A stretch of 64,000 bases of DNA from an uncultured Puniceicoccaceae bacterium (GCA_963933835.1 CAWVVV010000003.1:160001-224000), one strand, 5' to 3'; shown: positions 51,735-62,681, counted from the stretch's first letter. The notes: generated from the sequence alone by a model not told the origin. Program-made: numbers and translations.

Positions 51735-54055
51735 ACGACGTTTCTCAACGCCCTCCCCTTTGCCGCCTATTGCAGCGCTGCAGTGTGCTCAGTCTACTTT
51801 GCGGACTATTTGCCCTTCAACCTCTCGCTGCCCAAGACGAGTCGCAGACTCCGCCGCAGATTCCGAGCAGCGTGCCACCGCCACCGCCACCAGGGCCAAC
51901 GCCGACACTGCCTCCTAATCTTCGACGCCCAACAACGGTGCCTGGGCAAGCGCCCACATCGACGAGCGTTTCAAGATCACGCCCGACACCTCCACCACCG
52001 CCGACAAGAACGAGCCCTGAAGTCGAAGAAGAGCGCGAGGAACTCCGCCCCTCGATTGGAATCGCGGATGCCGACGCTCCGGGGATGGATGATATCGTCA
52101 CGATTGGAACCCTCGTAGACAACGGGACCAACGAGCTCCTTCAGCAGATCCAGATTCTCACTGGCAAGCCCATCCTCCGTCAGCAGAACCTCCCATCGGT
52201 AAAGATTTCCTTCGACCAAGGGGATAAAGCAATGACGCGCAGGCAGCTCATCCGCGCCCTCGAAAGTTTACTTTCACTCAATGGCATCGCCCTCACTCGC
52301 GTTGGCGTTGACTTCATCAAAGCTGTCCCCGCCGCCGCGATTAACAATCAGGTGCCTATTCTCTGGGAAGGGAGTACGATCGGCGCCGAGGCCACCCAGA
52401 TGATCTACGAGAAGGTCTTTAAGTTAGACTTTCTTACAACCGTCGAGGTCGTACCGCTGATCCAGCCGATCATGTCGCAGGGCTCGCCGATTTCGCTCGA
52501 AAAAAGCGGCCTCCTTCTCGTCACCGATGCTCTCGTTAACCTTCAGCGCATCGAACGCATTCTCAAAGCGATTGATCAACCGACGGACGACTCAATCGAG
52601 ATCCTTTTCTTTCATCTCAAGCACATCGACGTGCAAGAAGCCTCTCAGCGCCTCAAACAGATGCAGGCCGGCGCCCTCCGACGTCGTCTCCAAACAAATA
52701 CCAACTTTGATGCCGACGAGCGCACTAATCAGCTCATCGTCTTCACCCATAAAGCCAATACCTCGCTCATTACCAACTTGATAGAGAAAATGGATATCGA
52801 TGTGGCACCGCTCACAACGACCAAGCTATTCAGCATCCGCTACGCCGAGGCCGTCGAAGTCGTCTCGATCATCGACCAAGTCATCAGCGGTCAAAAAGAA
52901 GCGAGAGATCAAAACACTGGAGGCAACAACAACGCCCAAGCCGCGCGCCAAGCCCAGCAACAGCGCGCTGCCAATGCTGCTGCCGCCGCTGTCCGCGCGG
53001 AAGCCAGCAATCTGCAGTTCTCAGACTACCTCACCCTCGTCGCTGACGAACGCGCAAATAGCATTGTCGCGAGCGGAACCCAGTCCGACATCAACGCCCT
53101 CAACTCGCTCATCGACGAGATCGACGTCCTGCTAGCACAGGTGCGCATCGAGGTCGTGATTGCAGAGGTAACGCTTGGTGAAAATTACAGCCGTGGCATT
53201 GATAGCTTAGGTTTTCAGGACAATGTTACCGCACAGTATGATAATATAACAGGCACTGACGGCGACAGCATTGGACTTGGAACCACCTTCCCAGGCAGCA
53301 ATTCCGTGATCGATATTGGCTCAACTGCGTTCACCCTTGGCAGCCCCCTCATTCTGGGAGGCGGCGAGCAGTACATTAATCTCATCTTAGACAAAGGAAG
53401 GACGAATACTGATGTCAGAATCCTATCAGCGCCGACCATCCTTACGACGCACAATCGGGAAGCGTCCATCTCGGTAGGTGACTCGATTCCAGTCATCACG
53501 CAGAACATCCAGACCGACAACGACGTAAACAGTAATAGCATCCGACAATCGGTCCAGTATCGGGATACCGGCATAGAGCTCAATGTAACGCCGCTCATCG
53601 GCTCAGATGGCATCGTCCAACTAGAAGTAGAACAAACGATTGAAAACGCGCTCGATGGCGACACAGAGGGAAATCCAACCATCACCCGCCGCAACGCGAA
53701 GTCTTACGTCAGCGTCGCAAATGGCGACGTCGTCATCCTCGGCGGGCTTCAGTCCTCAACCGTTACAAATTCAGAGAGTCGAATTTTCCTCCTCGGCGAT
53801 ATCCCCGTAGTCGGAAAACTCTTCCGATCATATTCTGATAAAAATTCAACGACAGACTTATTGATTTTCATTCGTCCGATCGTGTTGTCGACGACAAGTG
53901 AGGCACAAATTGATGCCACCGATAAATTATCAAAAATCTCCGGCGGAGATGAAGTGAAAGGCTTTTTCGAGAACGGCACCTTCCAAGAGGAAGAAGACGA
54001 CGAGGCGACAGATGCCGAGGACAAGGCAAAAGTAAAACGGAGTTCACATCGCTGA
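51731..54055 (+). CDS. gspD: T2SS secretin
   Basis: ADERTNQLIV, ADERANSIV, QVRIEVVIAEV, ILSAPTILT..N.EA.ISVG..IP, TGIELNVTP, LGDIPVVGKLF, LLIFIRP; Pro-rich N-terminus. Confidence 0.93.
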   Translation: MNDVSQRPPLCRLLQRCSVLSLLCGLFALQPLAAQDESQTPPQIPSSVPPPPPPGPTPTLPPNLRRPTTVPGQAPTSTSVSRSRPTPPPPPTRTSPEVEEEREELRPSIGIADADAPGMDDIVTIGTLVDNGTNELLQQIQILTGKPILRQQNLPSVKISFDQGDKAMTRRQLIRALESLLSLNGIALTRVGVDFIKAVPAAAINNQVPILWEGSTIGAEATQMIYEKVFKLDFLTTVEVVPLIQPIMSQGSPISLEKSGLLLVTDALVNLQRIERILKAIDQPTDDSIEILFFHLKHIDVQEASQRLKQMQAGALRRRLQTNTNFDADERTNQLIVFTHKANTSLITNLIEKMDIDVAPLTTTKLFSIRYAEAVEVVSIIDQVISGQKEARDQNTGGNNNAQAARQAQQQRAANAAAAAVRAEASNLQFSDYLTLVADERANSIVASGTQSDINALNSLIDEIDVLLAQVRIEVVIAEVTLGENYSRGIDSLGFQDNVTAQYDNITGTDGDSIGLGTTFPGSNSVIDIGSTAFTLGSPLILGGGEQYINLILDKGRTNTDVRILSAPTILTTHNREASISVGDSIPVITQNIQTDNDVNSNSIRQSVQYRDTGIELNVTPLIGSDGIVQLEVEQTIENALDGDTEGNPTITRRNAKSYVSVANGDVVILGGLQSSTVTNSESRIFLLGDIPVVGKLFRSYSDKNSTTDLLIFIRPIVLSTTSEAQIDATDKLSKISGGDEVKGFFENGTFQEEEDDEATDAEDKAKVKRSSHR

Positions 54056-54074
54056 GTATTGATGTAGTTATTAA

Positions 54075-54569
54075 ATGGGACACATCCAGACAACTGCCTC
54101 AATCAAAAGAGGGCTTATCTTGTTCACCTTAAGCCTTTGCCTTGGATCAGCTTGGGCGGAGTCTTCCCTTCTTCAACGCTCGCCCTTTTTACCTCAAGAA
54201 TCGAATCGCCCGGCCGAGACGACCCCACCTCCAGCATCAACCCAGCAGAGCCAAATTCAATTCAAAGGTGTTTTTGCTCTGAACGATGAAGTGCGCTTCA
54301 ACCTTTTCGATAGCAGCGAAAACAAAGGTAGCTGGATTCGCATGAATGACACCTTCTCCGGAGCCAAAGTCATCGATTTCGACGAAAGCAGTCGGTCAAT
54401 TGATGTCGAAATTGACGGTTCCATCACGCGCTTCTCGCTCATTGAAGGCTCAGATAAGCCACTCACCGTCGCCCCAAATATCGTTGGACCTCGCCGGCCC
54501 ACAATAACAGACAACAACTCGCCTAGGCGCGCCGTCAGTCGCCGCCGCATCGTTCCACCTAGCCGATAA
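54075..54569 (+). CDS. Hypothetical protein, GspC/PilP-like
   Basis: Signal/TM, RSPF, FKGVF, W......G..V; between the secretin and the ATPase. Confidence 0.55.
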   Translation: MGHIQTTASIKRGLILFTLSLCLGSAWAESSLLQRSPFLPQESNRPAETTPPPASTQQSQIQFKGVFALNDEVRFNLFDSSENKGSWIRMNDTFSGAKVIDFDESSRSIDVEIDGSITRFSLIEGSDKPLTVAPNIVGPRRPTITDNNSPRRAVSRRRIVPPSR

Positions 54570-54618
54570 AGTTCAGCACTCCCGGGTTCGTCTGATCCGA
54601 AACAAAAATAGATCGACC

Positions 54619-56343
54619 ATGATTTCAGAGCCCGCCGAAACATCGCTTTATGAGCACCTACATGAAGACCAGCAGCTAATGCTGGTGGAGGCCCCGCGCC
54701 AAAACCGCCTCCCTCTTCTCGCTCAATTTAGACGCGAAACAGAATTCGATACCGTGCAAAAGCTCGGTGAACTCGCAGATATCCCTGTCCTCGAAGATTT
54801 TGAAATCGCGGAGCGCGTTGGCGACCTCCTCCCACTCCGCCTGATCAACGAATATCAGTGCCTGCCCTTAGCAGAGAATGAGGTCGAGCCAAGCGACGAT
54901 GACGGAGAGGACGAGATCGAAGCTGATCTCGCTCCCTTAAAGCTCATCACCCTTTGGCCGCCTGACTCCTCGATGAACGAATGGATTTACGCGGTCTGCG
55001 GTCGTGAAGTTGAGTGGTATCTCGGCCCAGCCAAAGAGATCATGTACACCATCACCCAGCGCTTTGGCGTCGGTGCTGACTCGCTCGAAGAGTCCGAGCT
55101 CTCTGACGACGCCTCAGGGCGCCTTGAAGACGTCGAGGAAGATGAAAACGCCGCCATCATCCGATTCGTCAATGACGTCATTGCAAAGGCCATTGAAGAC
55201 CGTGCGACGGATATCCACTTTGAGCCACTGAAGGAGTCCCTACAGATCCGCTACCGGATCGATGGCGAGCTCGTCCCTATCCGTGTCCCCGATAACTTAA
55301 TACGTTACCAAGGAGCGATCATCTCTCGCCTCAAGATCATGGCGAAGCTCAACATCTCGGAGAAACGCCGACCACAAGATGGACGCATCGTCTACCAAAG
55401 CAGCACGACTGAGCTCGACATTCGTCTTTCCACGATCGCCACAATGTATGGAGAGAGCATCTCGCTTCGACTCCTCAATCAAAAGAATCAGCCTCTTTCG
55501 ATGGAAGAACTCGGTATGCTCGAGCCTGAGCAGGAGCGCATTCGCCGCGTGCTTGAGTTGCCTCACGGTATCGTTCTCGTGACAGGACCTACGGGTTCGG
55601 GTAAGTCGACCTCACTCACTGCCTTTATCCGCCAGATCAACTCTCCTGGGCGCCGTATTATCACGGTGGAAGACCCGGTTGAATACGAAGTCGACGGCGT
55701 AAACCAAACTCAGGTCCACTCCGAAATCGGCTTCACCTTTGCGAGTGCTCTTCGCCACATCCTTCGCCAAGACCCCGACGTCATCATGGTGGGTGAAATT
55801 CGTGACCCTGAGACGGCCGACATCGCAATCCGCGCAGCGCTGACCGGTCACCTCGTCCTCAGTACCCTGCACACGAATGACTCTCCCGGAGCTCTCACCC
55901 GCTTGATCGACATGGAAGTAGAGCCGTTCCTCATCGCTTCCTCGGTTGAGCTCATTCTCGCTCAGCGCCTCGTCCGGCGCCTCTGCCCAAAGTGTGCAAA
56001 GAAAGCGAGTTACGACGAGCGTTTCATTAAGAGTTCCCTGCAAGCCCTAGGTATTCCGCTCACCCCAGAAAACCTCAACTTCCCTGTTCTTGAAGCCGTC
56101 GGCTGTGACGACTGTCGCGGTCTAGGCTACCGCGGGCGGGTTGGTTTGTTTGAGCTCCTTCGCGTCGACGATAACATTCACGACCTCATCGTTGAAAAGC
56201 GCTCCGCCCGCGAAATTCGCGAAGTTGCCTTGAAGCATGGAATGACGACCCTTCAGTCCAGTGGCTGGGATCAGATACAACACGGCCGGACCACCCTACC
56301 CGAGGTCATGCGCTACGCTTTCCTCGATGAGGATCATAGCTAA
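54619..56343 (+). CDS. gspE: T2SS ATPase
   Basis: [77 protein letters not shown]. Confidence 0.95.
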   Translation: MISEPAETSLYEHLHEDQQLMLVEAPRQNRLPLLAQFRRETEFDTVQKLGELADIPVLEDFEIAERVGDLLPLRLINEYQCLPLAENEVEPSDDDGEDEIEADLAPLKLITLWPPDSSMNEWIYAVCGREVEWYLGPAKEIMYTITQRFGVGADSLEESELSDDASGRLEDVEEDENAAIIRFVNDVIAKAIEDRATDIHFEPLKESLQIRYRIDGELVPIRVPDNLIRYQGAIISRLKIMAKLNISEKRRPQDGRIVYQSSTTELDIRLSTIATMYGESISLRLLNQKNQPLSMEELGMLEPEQERIRRVLELPHGIVLVTGPTGSGKSTSLTAFIRQINSPGRRIITVEDPVEYEVDGVNQTQVHSEIGFTFASALRHILRQDPDVIMVGEIRDPETADIAIRAALTGHLVLSTLHTNDSPGALTRLIDMEVEPFLIASSVELILAQRLVRRLCPKCAKKASYDERFIKSSLQALGIPLTPENLNFPVLEAVGCDDCRGLGYRGRVGLFELLRVDDNIHDLIVEKRSAREIREVALKHGMTTLQSSGWDQIQHGRTTLPEVMRYAFLDEDHS

Positions 56344-56389
56344 AGTCTAAGACATCGAATCCATTTGGAGCCTACCCCACTGCTAGAAA

Positions 56390-57649
56390 ATGCCCCTCTT
56401 TGAATACAAAGCCCGCGACGCCTCCGGCCAATCTCTCCAAGGAGAGATCGATGCCGTGGATCGTAAGACGGCTGTTCTTCGCCTATCATCAAAAGGCATC
56501 CGTCCGCTCAAGCTGGAACAAAAGCATCACGTAGCCCAGACCGAAGACGCCGACAGTGAAACGCTCAATCTCTACGCGAGTGATACCAAAACAAAGCGGA
56601 GCTTAATCAAGGCCTCGAAGGAAACACTCGTCCTCCAGTTCCTCAAGCGGCTCGTCACCCTTCTGTCCGCAGGACTATCCCTTGGCGATGCGACTAAGCT
56701 ACTACAGCAGCGATTGAATGACGCTGAACTCAAGGGATTGAGTAGTCGCATTTGGAAACACCTCTCTGAAGGTCGCACCTTAGCGGCTGCGATGGGGACA
56801 GAAAACGAGCTCTTCACGACCGCACAGTGCCACCTCATCGAGGCCGGCGAAGCGAGCGGCAACCTAGTGCCAGTTCTCACCCGCATGGTTCGCCATCTCG
56901 AAGAAAGCCAAGCAGTCAAAAAACGCCTTATCGCGAGCCTTAGCTATCCGATGATTATTGTCGGCGTAGCCACGATCGTGATTGGGGTGGTCATTGGATT
57001 TCTAATACCTCGCATTGAAGAAATGGTAACACAGCTGGGAGGAGAATTGTTTGTCCTCGCTCGTTGGCTGCTCGCTGGATCTAACTTTCTTCTGAAATTT
57101 GGGCCCATCGTGATCGTTGCAGCAGCGGTTGCTGCCTTCCTCATTAATCGGTGGCGCAAAACGACACCAGGGAGGCGTTCGACAGACCTCTGGATACTGA
57201 CAATGCCAGTGCTGGGTAAGATCAATCTGTATTCGAATATCTATTCAACCTCGAACTTGTTATCAACGCTTCTCGGCAGCGGGGTGAACACTACAGAGTC
57301 TCTACGCCTTGTAGAACGAACGATTAAAAACGTCATCCTAAAGGCCAAATTCAGCGCTGCTCGCAAGCAGATCCAAGAAGGTGTTTCCATCTCTGGATCG
57401 CTCCAAAACGTCCATTTCATGCCAGATCTAGCGATGGACATCCTTTCCGTGGGCGAGAACACTGGCGACCTCGTAACGAGCCTAGAAGACATCAATGCGA
57501 TCTACCGCGACGAGCTTACAAAACGCCTTGATAGGCTCACAACGCAAGTTGCGGCCGTTGCCCTCACGATTGCTTTTTCAATCGTAGCGATCATTGCTTT
57601 CAGCGTTGCACTGAGTGTCGTCTCGGTCAGCCAATCGCTTTTGGAATAA
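56390..57649 (+). CDS. gspF: T2SS inner-membrane protein
   Basis: MPLFEYKARD..G....G.I.A, GEASGNL, SYP, VGENTG.L. Confidence 0.93.
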   Translation: MPLFEYKARDASGQSLQGEIDAVDRKTAVLRLSSKGIRPLKLEQKHHVAQTEDADSETLNLYASDTKTKRSLIKASKETLVLQFLKRLVTLLSAGLSLGDATKLLQQRLNDAELKGLSSRIWKHLSEGRTLAAAMGTENELFTTAQCHLIEAGEASGNLVPVLTRMVRHLEESQAVKKRLIASLSYPMIIVGVATIVIGVVIGFLIPRIEEMVTQLGGELFVLARWLLAGSNFLLKFGPIVIVAAAVAAFLINRWRKTTPGRRSTDLWILTMPVLGKINLYSNIYSTSNLLSTLLGSGVNTTESLRLVERTIKNVILKAKFSAARKQIQEGVSISGSLQNVHFMPDLAMDILSVGENTGDLVTSLEDINAIYRDELTKRLDRLTTQVAAVALTIAFSIVAIIAFSVALSVVSVSQSLLE

Positions 57650-57713
57650 ATCAAACTGCACACGTAGCTGAAAGAGAGCGTCGATCGAATCACACTAAAT
57701 TCCACGTCTTTAA

Positions 57714-58283
57714 ATGAGCACAGATAACCAAGTCCTAGATATTTTCCGCAAAACGGGTGCCCTCTTAGAAGGTCACTTCATTCTTCGCTCCGGCTTGCGT
57801 AGCGGGCATTTCTTCCAGTGTGCACGCGTTTGCGAGCATCTCGATCAAGTTGCACGTTTGGCTGAGCTAATGATCAGCAAGCTTCCAGACGACCTCGAAG
57901 TGGAAACCGTGCTCGCCCCAGCGATGGGAGGGCTCGTGATCGGGCAAGAGGTCGCACGCCAGATGGGCAAACGTTTCATTTTCATCGAAAAGCAGGATGA
58001 CAAGCTGACGATGCGTCGTGGTTTCAAACTCCGGAAGGATGAACCCGTCCTGATCGTCGAAGACGTCATCACACGCGGTGGACGCGCCCAAGAGGCCGTC
58101 GACATCGTCAATGGCTGTGGTGGCAAGGTAGCAGCCATTACCATACTCGTCGACCGCAGTGCAGGCAAAGTCAGCTTCAATGCCCCGCTCATTCCATTGC
58201 TTGAAATGAACTTCCCAACCTACGCCCCCGACGCCCTGCCCGCTGAGCTTGAGGCCATTCCCGCGATCAAACCGGGATCCTAA
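57714..58283 (+). CDS. pyrE: Orotate phosphoribosyltransferase
   Basis: GALLEGHFILRSG.RS, PAMGG, PRPP loop VLIVEDVITRGG, KPGS end. Confidence 0.95.
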   Translation: MSTDNQVLDIFRKTGALLEGHFILRSGLRSGHFFQCARVCEHLDQVARLAELMISKLPDDLEVETVLAPAMGGLVIGQEVARQMGKRFIFIEKQDDKLTMRRGFKLRKDEPVLIVEDVITRGGRAQEAVDIVNGCGGKVAAITILVDRSAGKVSFNAPLIPLLEMNFPTYAPDALPAELEAIPAIKPGS

Positions 58284-58346
58284 AGAACATACAAATGCGG
58301 CACAGTTACGGTGTAACTTGCAGTGGAGTGATTATCTGCTTACATC

Positions 58347-58880
58347 ATGAGCATGGATCATTACCATTATTTAAGTACCCTACGTTCGGTATGGGAATCT
58401 GCCGTCGCGAGTTACCGCGGCGGAGTCAACGCGGCAGGCGATATGTTCTCGGACGAACAAAGCGCGTTCCTCCATTCGATCGGGGCAACAGAGCAAGAGG
58501 TCTTTGACTTCGTCGAAGACTATGTTTCTGGCGGAGACCCCGACTTTGACACCTTCGCCGCGGTCACAGACAAGCGCCGGAATTATTTCCTTCAGGTTCA
58601 AAACGGACAACACAGTAAGCACGTTGTGCAAGACGCTGATCTGCCCGCAAAGACTGAAGAGCTCGACGGGATTGTCTGGCTCCCCCGAATCATCATGAAA
58701 GCGAAGGCTAAGCTAAAGGGAGAGATGAATCCCAACCTGATGTTTAGTTGCGGCGGCGACCGGCGCTTTCTCAAGTCCGCGAACCTCCACGCAGCTGAGT
58801 TTTTATCGCTCGTTGAGCGCAATCTTGACGATGAACGCGCCATTATCGACTACGTCAAAAAGGCGGATAGTGCTCATTAG
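58347..58880 (+). CDS. DUF5069-like protein
   Basis: LDGIVWLPRII.KAKAKL.GE....LMF.CGGDRRFL, recognised from memory as the DUF5069 pattern. Confidence 0.7.
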   Translation: MSMDHYHYLSTLRSVWESAVASYRGGVNAAGDMFSDEQSAFLHSIGATEQEVFDFVEDYVSGGDPDFDTFAAVTDKRRNYFLQVQNGQHSKHVVQDADLPAKTEELDGIVWLPRIIMKAKAKLKGEMNPNLMFSCGGDRRFLKSANLHAAEFLSLVERNLDDERAIIDYVKKADSAH

Positions 58881-58909
58881 CACAGATTAAGCGTCATCAC
58901 TTGTTTCAC

Positions 58910-58947
58910 AAAAGAAGAAGGGCCGCTCTGAATCAGAGCGGCCCTTC
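58910..58947 (-). terminator. Intrinsic terminator between convergent genes
   Basis: GAAGGGCCGCTCTGA-A-TCAGAGCGGCCCTTC with CTTCTTTT on the minus strand. Confidence 0.85.
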
Positions 58948-58977
58948 GTATAAATAGATTTCCTAAGCAGAAAAAGC

Positions 58978-59730
58978 TTAGAAGCTTACGCTACCGGAGA
59001 AGCCGTACCAGAAAGCATCATCTTCAGGTGCGTCGTCGAGGTCACCGAATTGGTTGTCTACTGAATTTTTACCGTAACGAGCGCCAACGCTAACGGAGGC
59101 GTTTTCGTTCACTGCATAGCTGAGGTCAGCATATGCACTGTAGTAGACGTAATCGTCTTCATTGCCAGCAGGTCCGAGATTGTTCACGGCTTCACCAATG
59201 ATCTTGTAGCCAACTGCAGCACCGAGATCCAAGGCAACGCCTTCAGAGATCTCGAGGGAGTGACCAACAGAACCTTCGAAAACGACGTTTTCCAAATCAA
59301 AGTCGTAGTAAACGTAGATCGACGGAGCAGCAACGACATCAAAAGTGGCACCAGCATAGATTTCAACAGTGTTGTCATTGTCGAAGCTCTCGGCGGACGA
59401 GTAAGTGTAGTAAATTACACCGACATCGCCTGAAATAGAATCAGAAATGGCAAAGCCATAACCAGCATAGTACTCGACGCGGTCATCACCGATAAGGGTC
59501 GTTGCTGCCGAAGTGTTGTCGTTGAGGCCGAATGAACCCCAGATACCCGCATAGAAGTCATCAACTGCAAATTCGATGCTAGGCTGGAAGGACTCATCAG
59601 CGTGTTGCTGACCGCGCTCGACGCATGCAGACTCCCAGCCGAAAGCTGAGCTAACTGACACTTCTTGAGCGCTGATTGAAGAAACAGCTGCAAATGCTGC
59701 CACACCGATAAGATTAATCGATTTGTTCAT
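58978..59730 (-). CDS. Outer-membrane beta-barrel, TorF/TIGR02001-like putative porin
   Basis: Signal peptide, S..V.RG, FYAGIWGS, YYAGYGF, DVGVIYY.Y, EIYAG, terminal Phe. Confidence 0.8.
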   Translation of the reverse strand: MNKSINLIGVAAFAAVSSISAQEVSVSSAFGWESACVERGQQHADESFQPSIEFAVDDFYAGIWGSFGLNDNTSAATTLIGDDRVEYYAGYGFAISDSISGDVGVIYYTYSSAESFDNDNTVEIYAGATFDVVAAPSIYVYYDFDLENVVFEGSVGHSLEISEGVALDLGAAVGYKIIGEAVNNLGPAGNEDDYVYYSAYADLSYAVNENASVSVGARYGKNSVDNQFGDLDDAPEDDAFWYGFSGSVSF

Positions 59731-59970
59731 AGTATGTTTTGTTTAGTTTGATTTTAGATCAGTACAAATGACCCGCCTAAGAGACTGCCTTTTTACTCGA
59801 ATGCAAGTAAATCATTCAAATCGAGGGCGAATTTCCAGTAATACCCTAGTTAGATCAGGGCATCGGTGACTTAGACGAACTGTTATCGTCCAAAACCCTT
59901 CAGACTTTAGACAGTTTCTTTACCCACTGGCAAAATCACCGAAATCATCTGCACTCAGAAGGTATCCAAT

Positions 59971-60003
59971 AAAAAAGAGCGGCCTCCCGAAGGAAGCCGC
60001 TCT
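59971..60003 (-). terminator. Intrinsic terminator after the upstream porin
   Basis: AAAAAAGAGCGGCCTCC-CGAA-GGAAGCCGCTCT. Confidence 0.85.
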
Positions 60004-60042
60004 CGCAGTATAAATCTTTAAGTCAGTCTAAAGTATAAAACT

Positions 60043-61023
60043 CTAGAATGTGAAGATAGCTTCGAGCGCACCCATGGTGCTGTCTTCGTCGACGTTGTTG
60101 TAGTCACCATCAGCAAAAGATACTTCGAGGACCAAGAGGAGGTTCTCTGTTACAGCGTGGCTGTAAGCAGCTGTGTACTGAACGGAGTGCGCGTCATAAT
60201 AAGAACCGAAGTCTTCTTCAACGTAGCTGATACGACCAGTAACCGAGCCTTGCTCACTTACGACGTAGTTGATCATAGCCAAACCGCCAATGGTCTCTAC
60301 GCCAGAGTCATCATTACCGAAATCAGATTCTGTGTAGAAGAGTTCGAGGGCAGCAGTCAATGCATCTTGCTCGTAAACGATGTAAGCATTGAAGCCATGA
60401 GCATCTCCGCTAGTGCTGCTGGAGGTATCGAAGTCTTCAAAGAAAGCACCGACAAAACTGGAGAGGTTATCTGTGAGCTGGGAACCAACAGCAACTTCAA
60501 CAGCGTAGTTGCTAGATCCAGAACCACCGAGGCGGCCATCGTCGCCATATGCGTTGTAACCATCCAAGAGGGAAACAGTGATGAATGTGCCATCAGCTTC
60601 GTATGCATACTTAACACCAGTTACTTGGCTGACGACATCGTAAGCAGTTGAATACTGGTAGAGGCCAGTTGGCTCTTTGGCTTCGAATCCGAGCATCCCG
60701 TCCATTTGACCAGCGCTAATGGAAGAACCATTACCAAGATCATAAGAAAAGAAAGCTTGCTCAACGTGGAGGTCCTTACCGCCGATACTTTGAATGTCGA
60801 TCTGTCCACTGACTTGATCGAAGTTCAAGATGAAATCGATTTCCACTTGATCCACGTCGAAGGAATTTTCGGAGGAAGATTCAGAACTACCCATCTCATC
60901 TTCCGAGTGTGAGTAAGAGGAATCAATGAACCCACTGATAGTGAGGTTTTCATTAAGCTGGATATCAGCCTGAACGAGGGAAGCCCCAACGATCAGTGCC
61001 ATAAGTGTTGTGAGGGTTTTCAT
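60043..61023 (-). CDS. Outer-membrane beta-barrel porin
   Basis: Signal peptide, ISGFIDSSY, VEQAF..Y, LGFEA.EP..LYQYS, terminal ALEAIFTF. Confidence 0.82.
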   Translation of the reverse strand: MKTLTTLMALIVGASLVQADIQLNENLTISGFIDSSYSHSEDEMGSSESSSENSFDVDQVEIDFILNFDQVSGQIDIQSIGGKDLHVEQAFFSYDLGNGSSISAGQMDGMLGFEAKEPTGLYQYSTAYDVVSQVTGVKYAYEADGTFITVSLLDGYNAYGDDGRLGGSGSSNYAVEVAVGSQLTDNLSSFVGAFFEDFDTSSSTSGDAHGFNAYIVYEQDALTAALELFYTESDFGNDDSGVETIGGLAMINYVVSEQGSVTGRISYVEEDFGSYYDAHSVQYTAAYSHAVTENLLLVLEVSFADGDYNNVDEDSTMGALEAIFTF

Positions 61024-61079
61024 AATTAGACTCAGTTTTTTTAGTTTTTGTTTAGCGTTTGTGTTTAGCGATAATCTCC

Positions 61080-61598
61080 CTACTCGGCGGTGTTATTCAC
61101 ACCTAAACCTTTTGGACGATTAAAATTCTTTAATTTATCTTTGTAAAAATCCAGCTTACCCGCCGATGGAGACTTAATATCCCGAGCTGAATCGGAGTAA
61201 TACATAACATAGTCTACTCGTGGCTTAAGGGCTCTCACCGCGTAGGCGGGGCTACCCAATATATCCAACACTTCCTCTCGTGACATCCCGAGAGTGATCT
61301 GGTCCCAATTTTCGGCCAGTTTCCAATCTGGGAGCGCAACCAACTGGTAGCGGGGGGTGAACCGTTGACCTGGAAGAGCGCCGACAACCATCGTGCGACT
61401 TGCCTTTGGAGGACCGTAGTTTTCTGTCGAGCCACCTTCTATTACTGGCGCTGTCACATAGCCCAGCATTTGCTCTAGTTGTAAAATCCGTGCTTCTAGA
61501 TCGAGGACGCGTTGCTCAAGATCTGCAGCATTCAAAGGCGCGAAGATCGAGACCATCGCCAAAAGAGCGAGACAGAGATGCCGGCCTATCGGCTTCAT
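61080..61598 (-). CDS. Exported hypothetical protein (coiled coil + SmpA/OmlA-like motif)
   Basis: Signal peptide MKPIGRHLCLALLAM...NA, LEQRV..LEARI..LE, W..I.LGMSREEV.DILGSP. ORF track start 61640. Confidence 0.65.
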   Translation of the reverse strand: MKPIGRHLCLALLAMVSIFAPLNAADLEQRVLDLEARILQLEQMLGYVTAPVIEGGSTENYGPPKASRTMVVGALPGQRFTPRYQLVALPDWKLAENWDQITLGMSREEVLDILGSPAYAVRALKPRVDYVMYYSDSARDIKSPSAGKLDFYKDKLKNFNRPKGLGVNNTAE

Positions 61599-62123
61599 CC
61601 TGTAATCAAGCACACTTACAAAGTAAGAATAAGGTTCCATAAAGATATTATTGAATGCTCATCATCCGAGGAATGAAGAGTCATAGGAATCAGCCAACCC
61701 AAAGGGTGGACCATTTCGACATATCGCTGTTAACCTGCATCAAGTTTATCTGAGTTTCCGGTGTTATCCGTGAATTAGTATTGAGGTATAAAACGTGTAA
61801 AATCTCAATGGAAATAACGGAAAAGAGATCGAGAAGACTGTTGGCAAGGGAAAAATGACCCTCATCACGAAGCCGCGATGCCCTTTTTCTGATTTTCAAA
61901 CCAATTTGCGCCCGTAAATTGCCCCTGATTCCTTTGAAGGCACGCCCATACGCCATTCCCCCATGATTCACCCAGGCCGTAATACCACCCTCATTATTAC
62001 CTATTAGATTGCTATAGAATAGGTTACGTCAGGAAGCAGAGAATAGCTTTGATGCCGCCGAGAACACTTTCATGATAAATCCGACCTTCTTAACCTTTCT
62101 CGAATCGACTCCTACATCCAGCA

Positions 62124-62681
62124 ATGGCCGATAAACACTCAAATCAGACACCGGAAATGCCCACCTCCAGCGATCACAGCCCACTGCCGTGCCCATTCAC
62201 AAAAAGCTACCCTTCTGAGCTCAATAAGGATGACTACTACTATATGCAGCTCGCCCTGAATGAGGCGATCGAAGGATGGAAGGAAGACGAAGTGCCGATT
62301 GGCGCGATCATCGTGATTGATGGCAAAATCGTCGCTAAGGCGCACAATCGGAGGGATTCTTTAAAAGATCCAACGGCGCACGCTGAGATGATCGCAATCA
62401 CCCAGGCGGCGAGTGCTATCAGCGATTGGCGCTTAAATGCCGCGACCCTTTATGTCACAAAAGAACCATGCCCGATGTGCGCCGGAGCCTCGATCATGTC
62501 CAGACTGGGCAGGGTTGTCTTCGCCCTTGAAGACAACAAAATGGGCTGCCTCGGCGGAGCGACAGACCTGAATATACTGGGAGGAAGCAATCACAGGTGT
62601 GAAATAAGCGCTGGGATCATGCGCGAGGAATGCCTGCAGATCATTCAGGCATACTTTCAAGCAAAGCGTGGCGCCCAGTGA
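62124..62681 (+). CDS. tadA: tRNA adenosine(34) deaminase
   Basis: D.YYM..AL.EA, EVPIGA, DPTAHAEM.AI, WRL, LYVTKEPCPMCAGA. Confidence 0.9.
   Translation: MADKHSNQTPEMPTSSDHSPLPCPFTKSYPSELNKDDYYYMQLALNEAIEGWKEDEVPIGAIIVIDGKIVAKAHNRRDSLKDPTAHAEMIAITQAASAISDWRLNAATLYVTKEPCPMCAGASIMSRLGRVVFALEDNKMGCLGGATDLNILGGSNHRCEISAGIMREECLQIIQAYFQAKRGAQ

Noticed and set aside
51860..52020. CCA/CCG-rich low-complexity tract
   Set aside because: Explained by the Pro-rich linker of the secretin.
61841..61860. sigma54 promoter TTGGCAAG...
   Set aside because: No TTGC -12 element at the required spacing.
61690..61971. 93-aa minus-strand ORF
   Set aside because: No motif and atypical composition; probably spurious.
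15568..62681. Co-occurrence of tRNA-Arg(ACG) and its editing enzyme TadA
   Set aside because: They are about 46 kb apart and both near-universal; no evidence of linkage.
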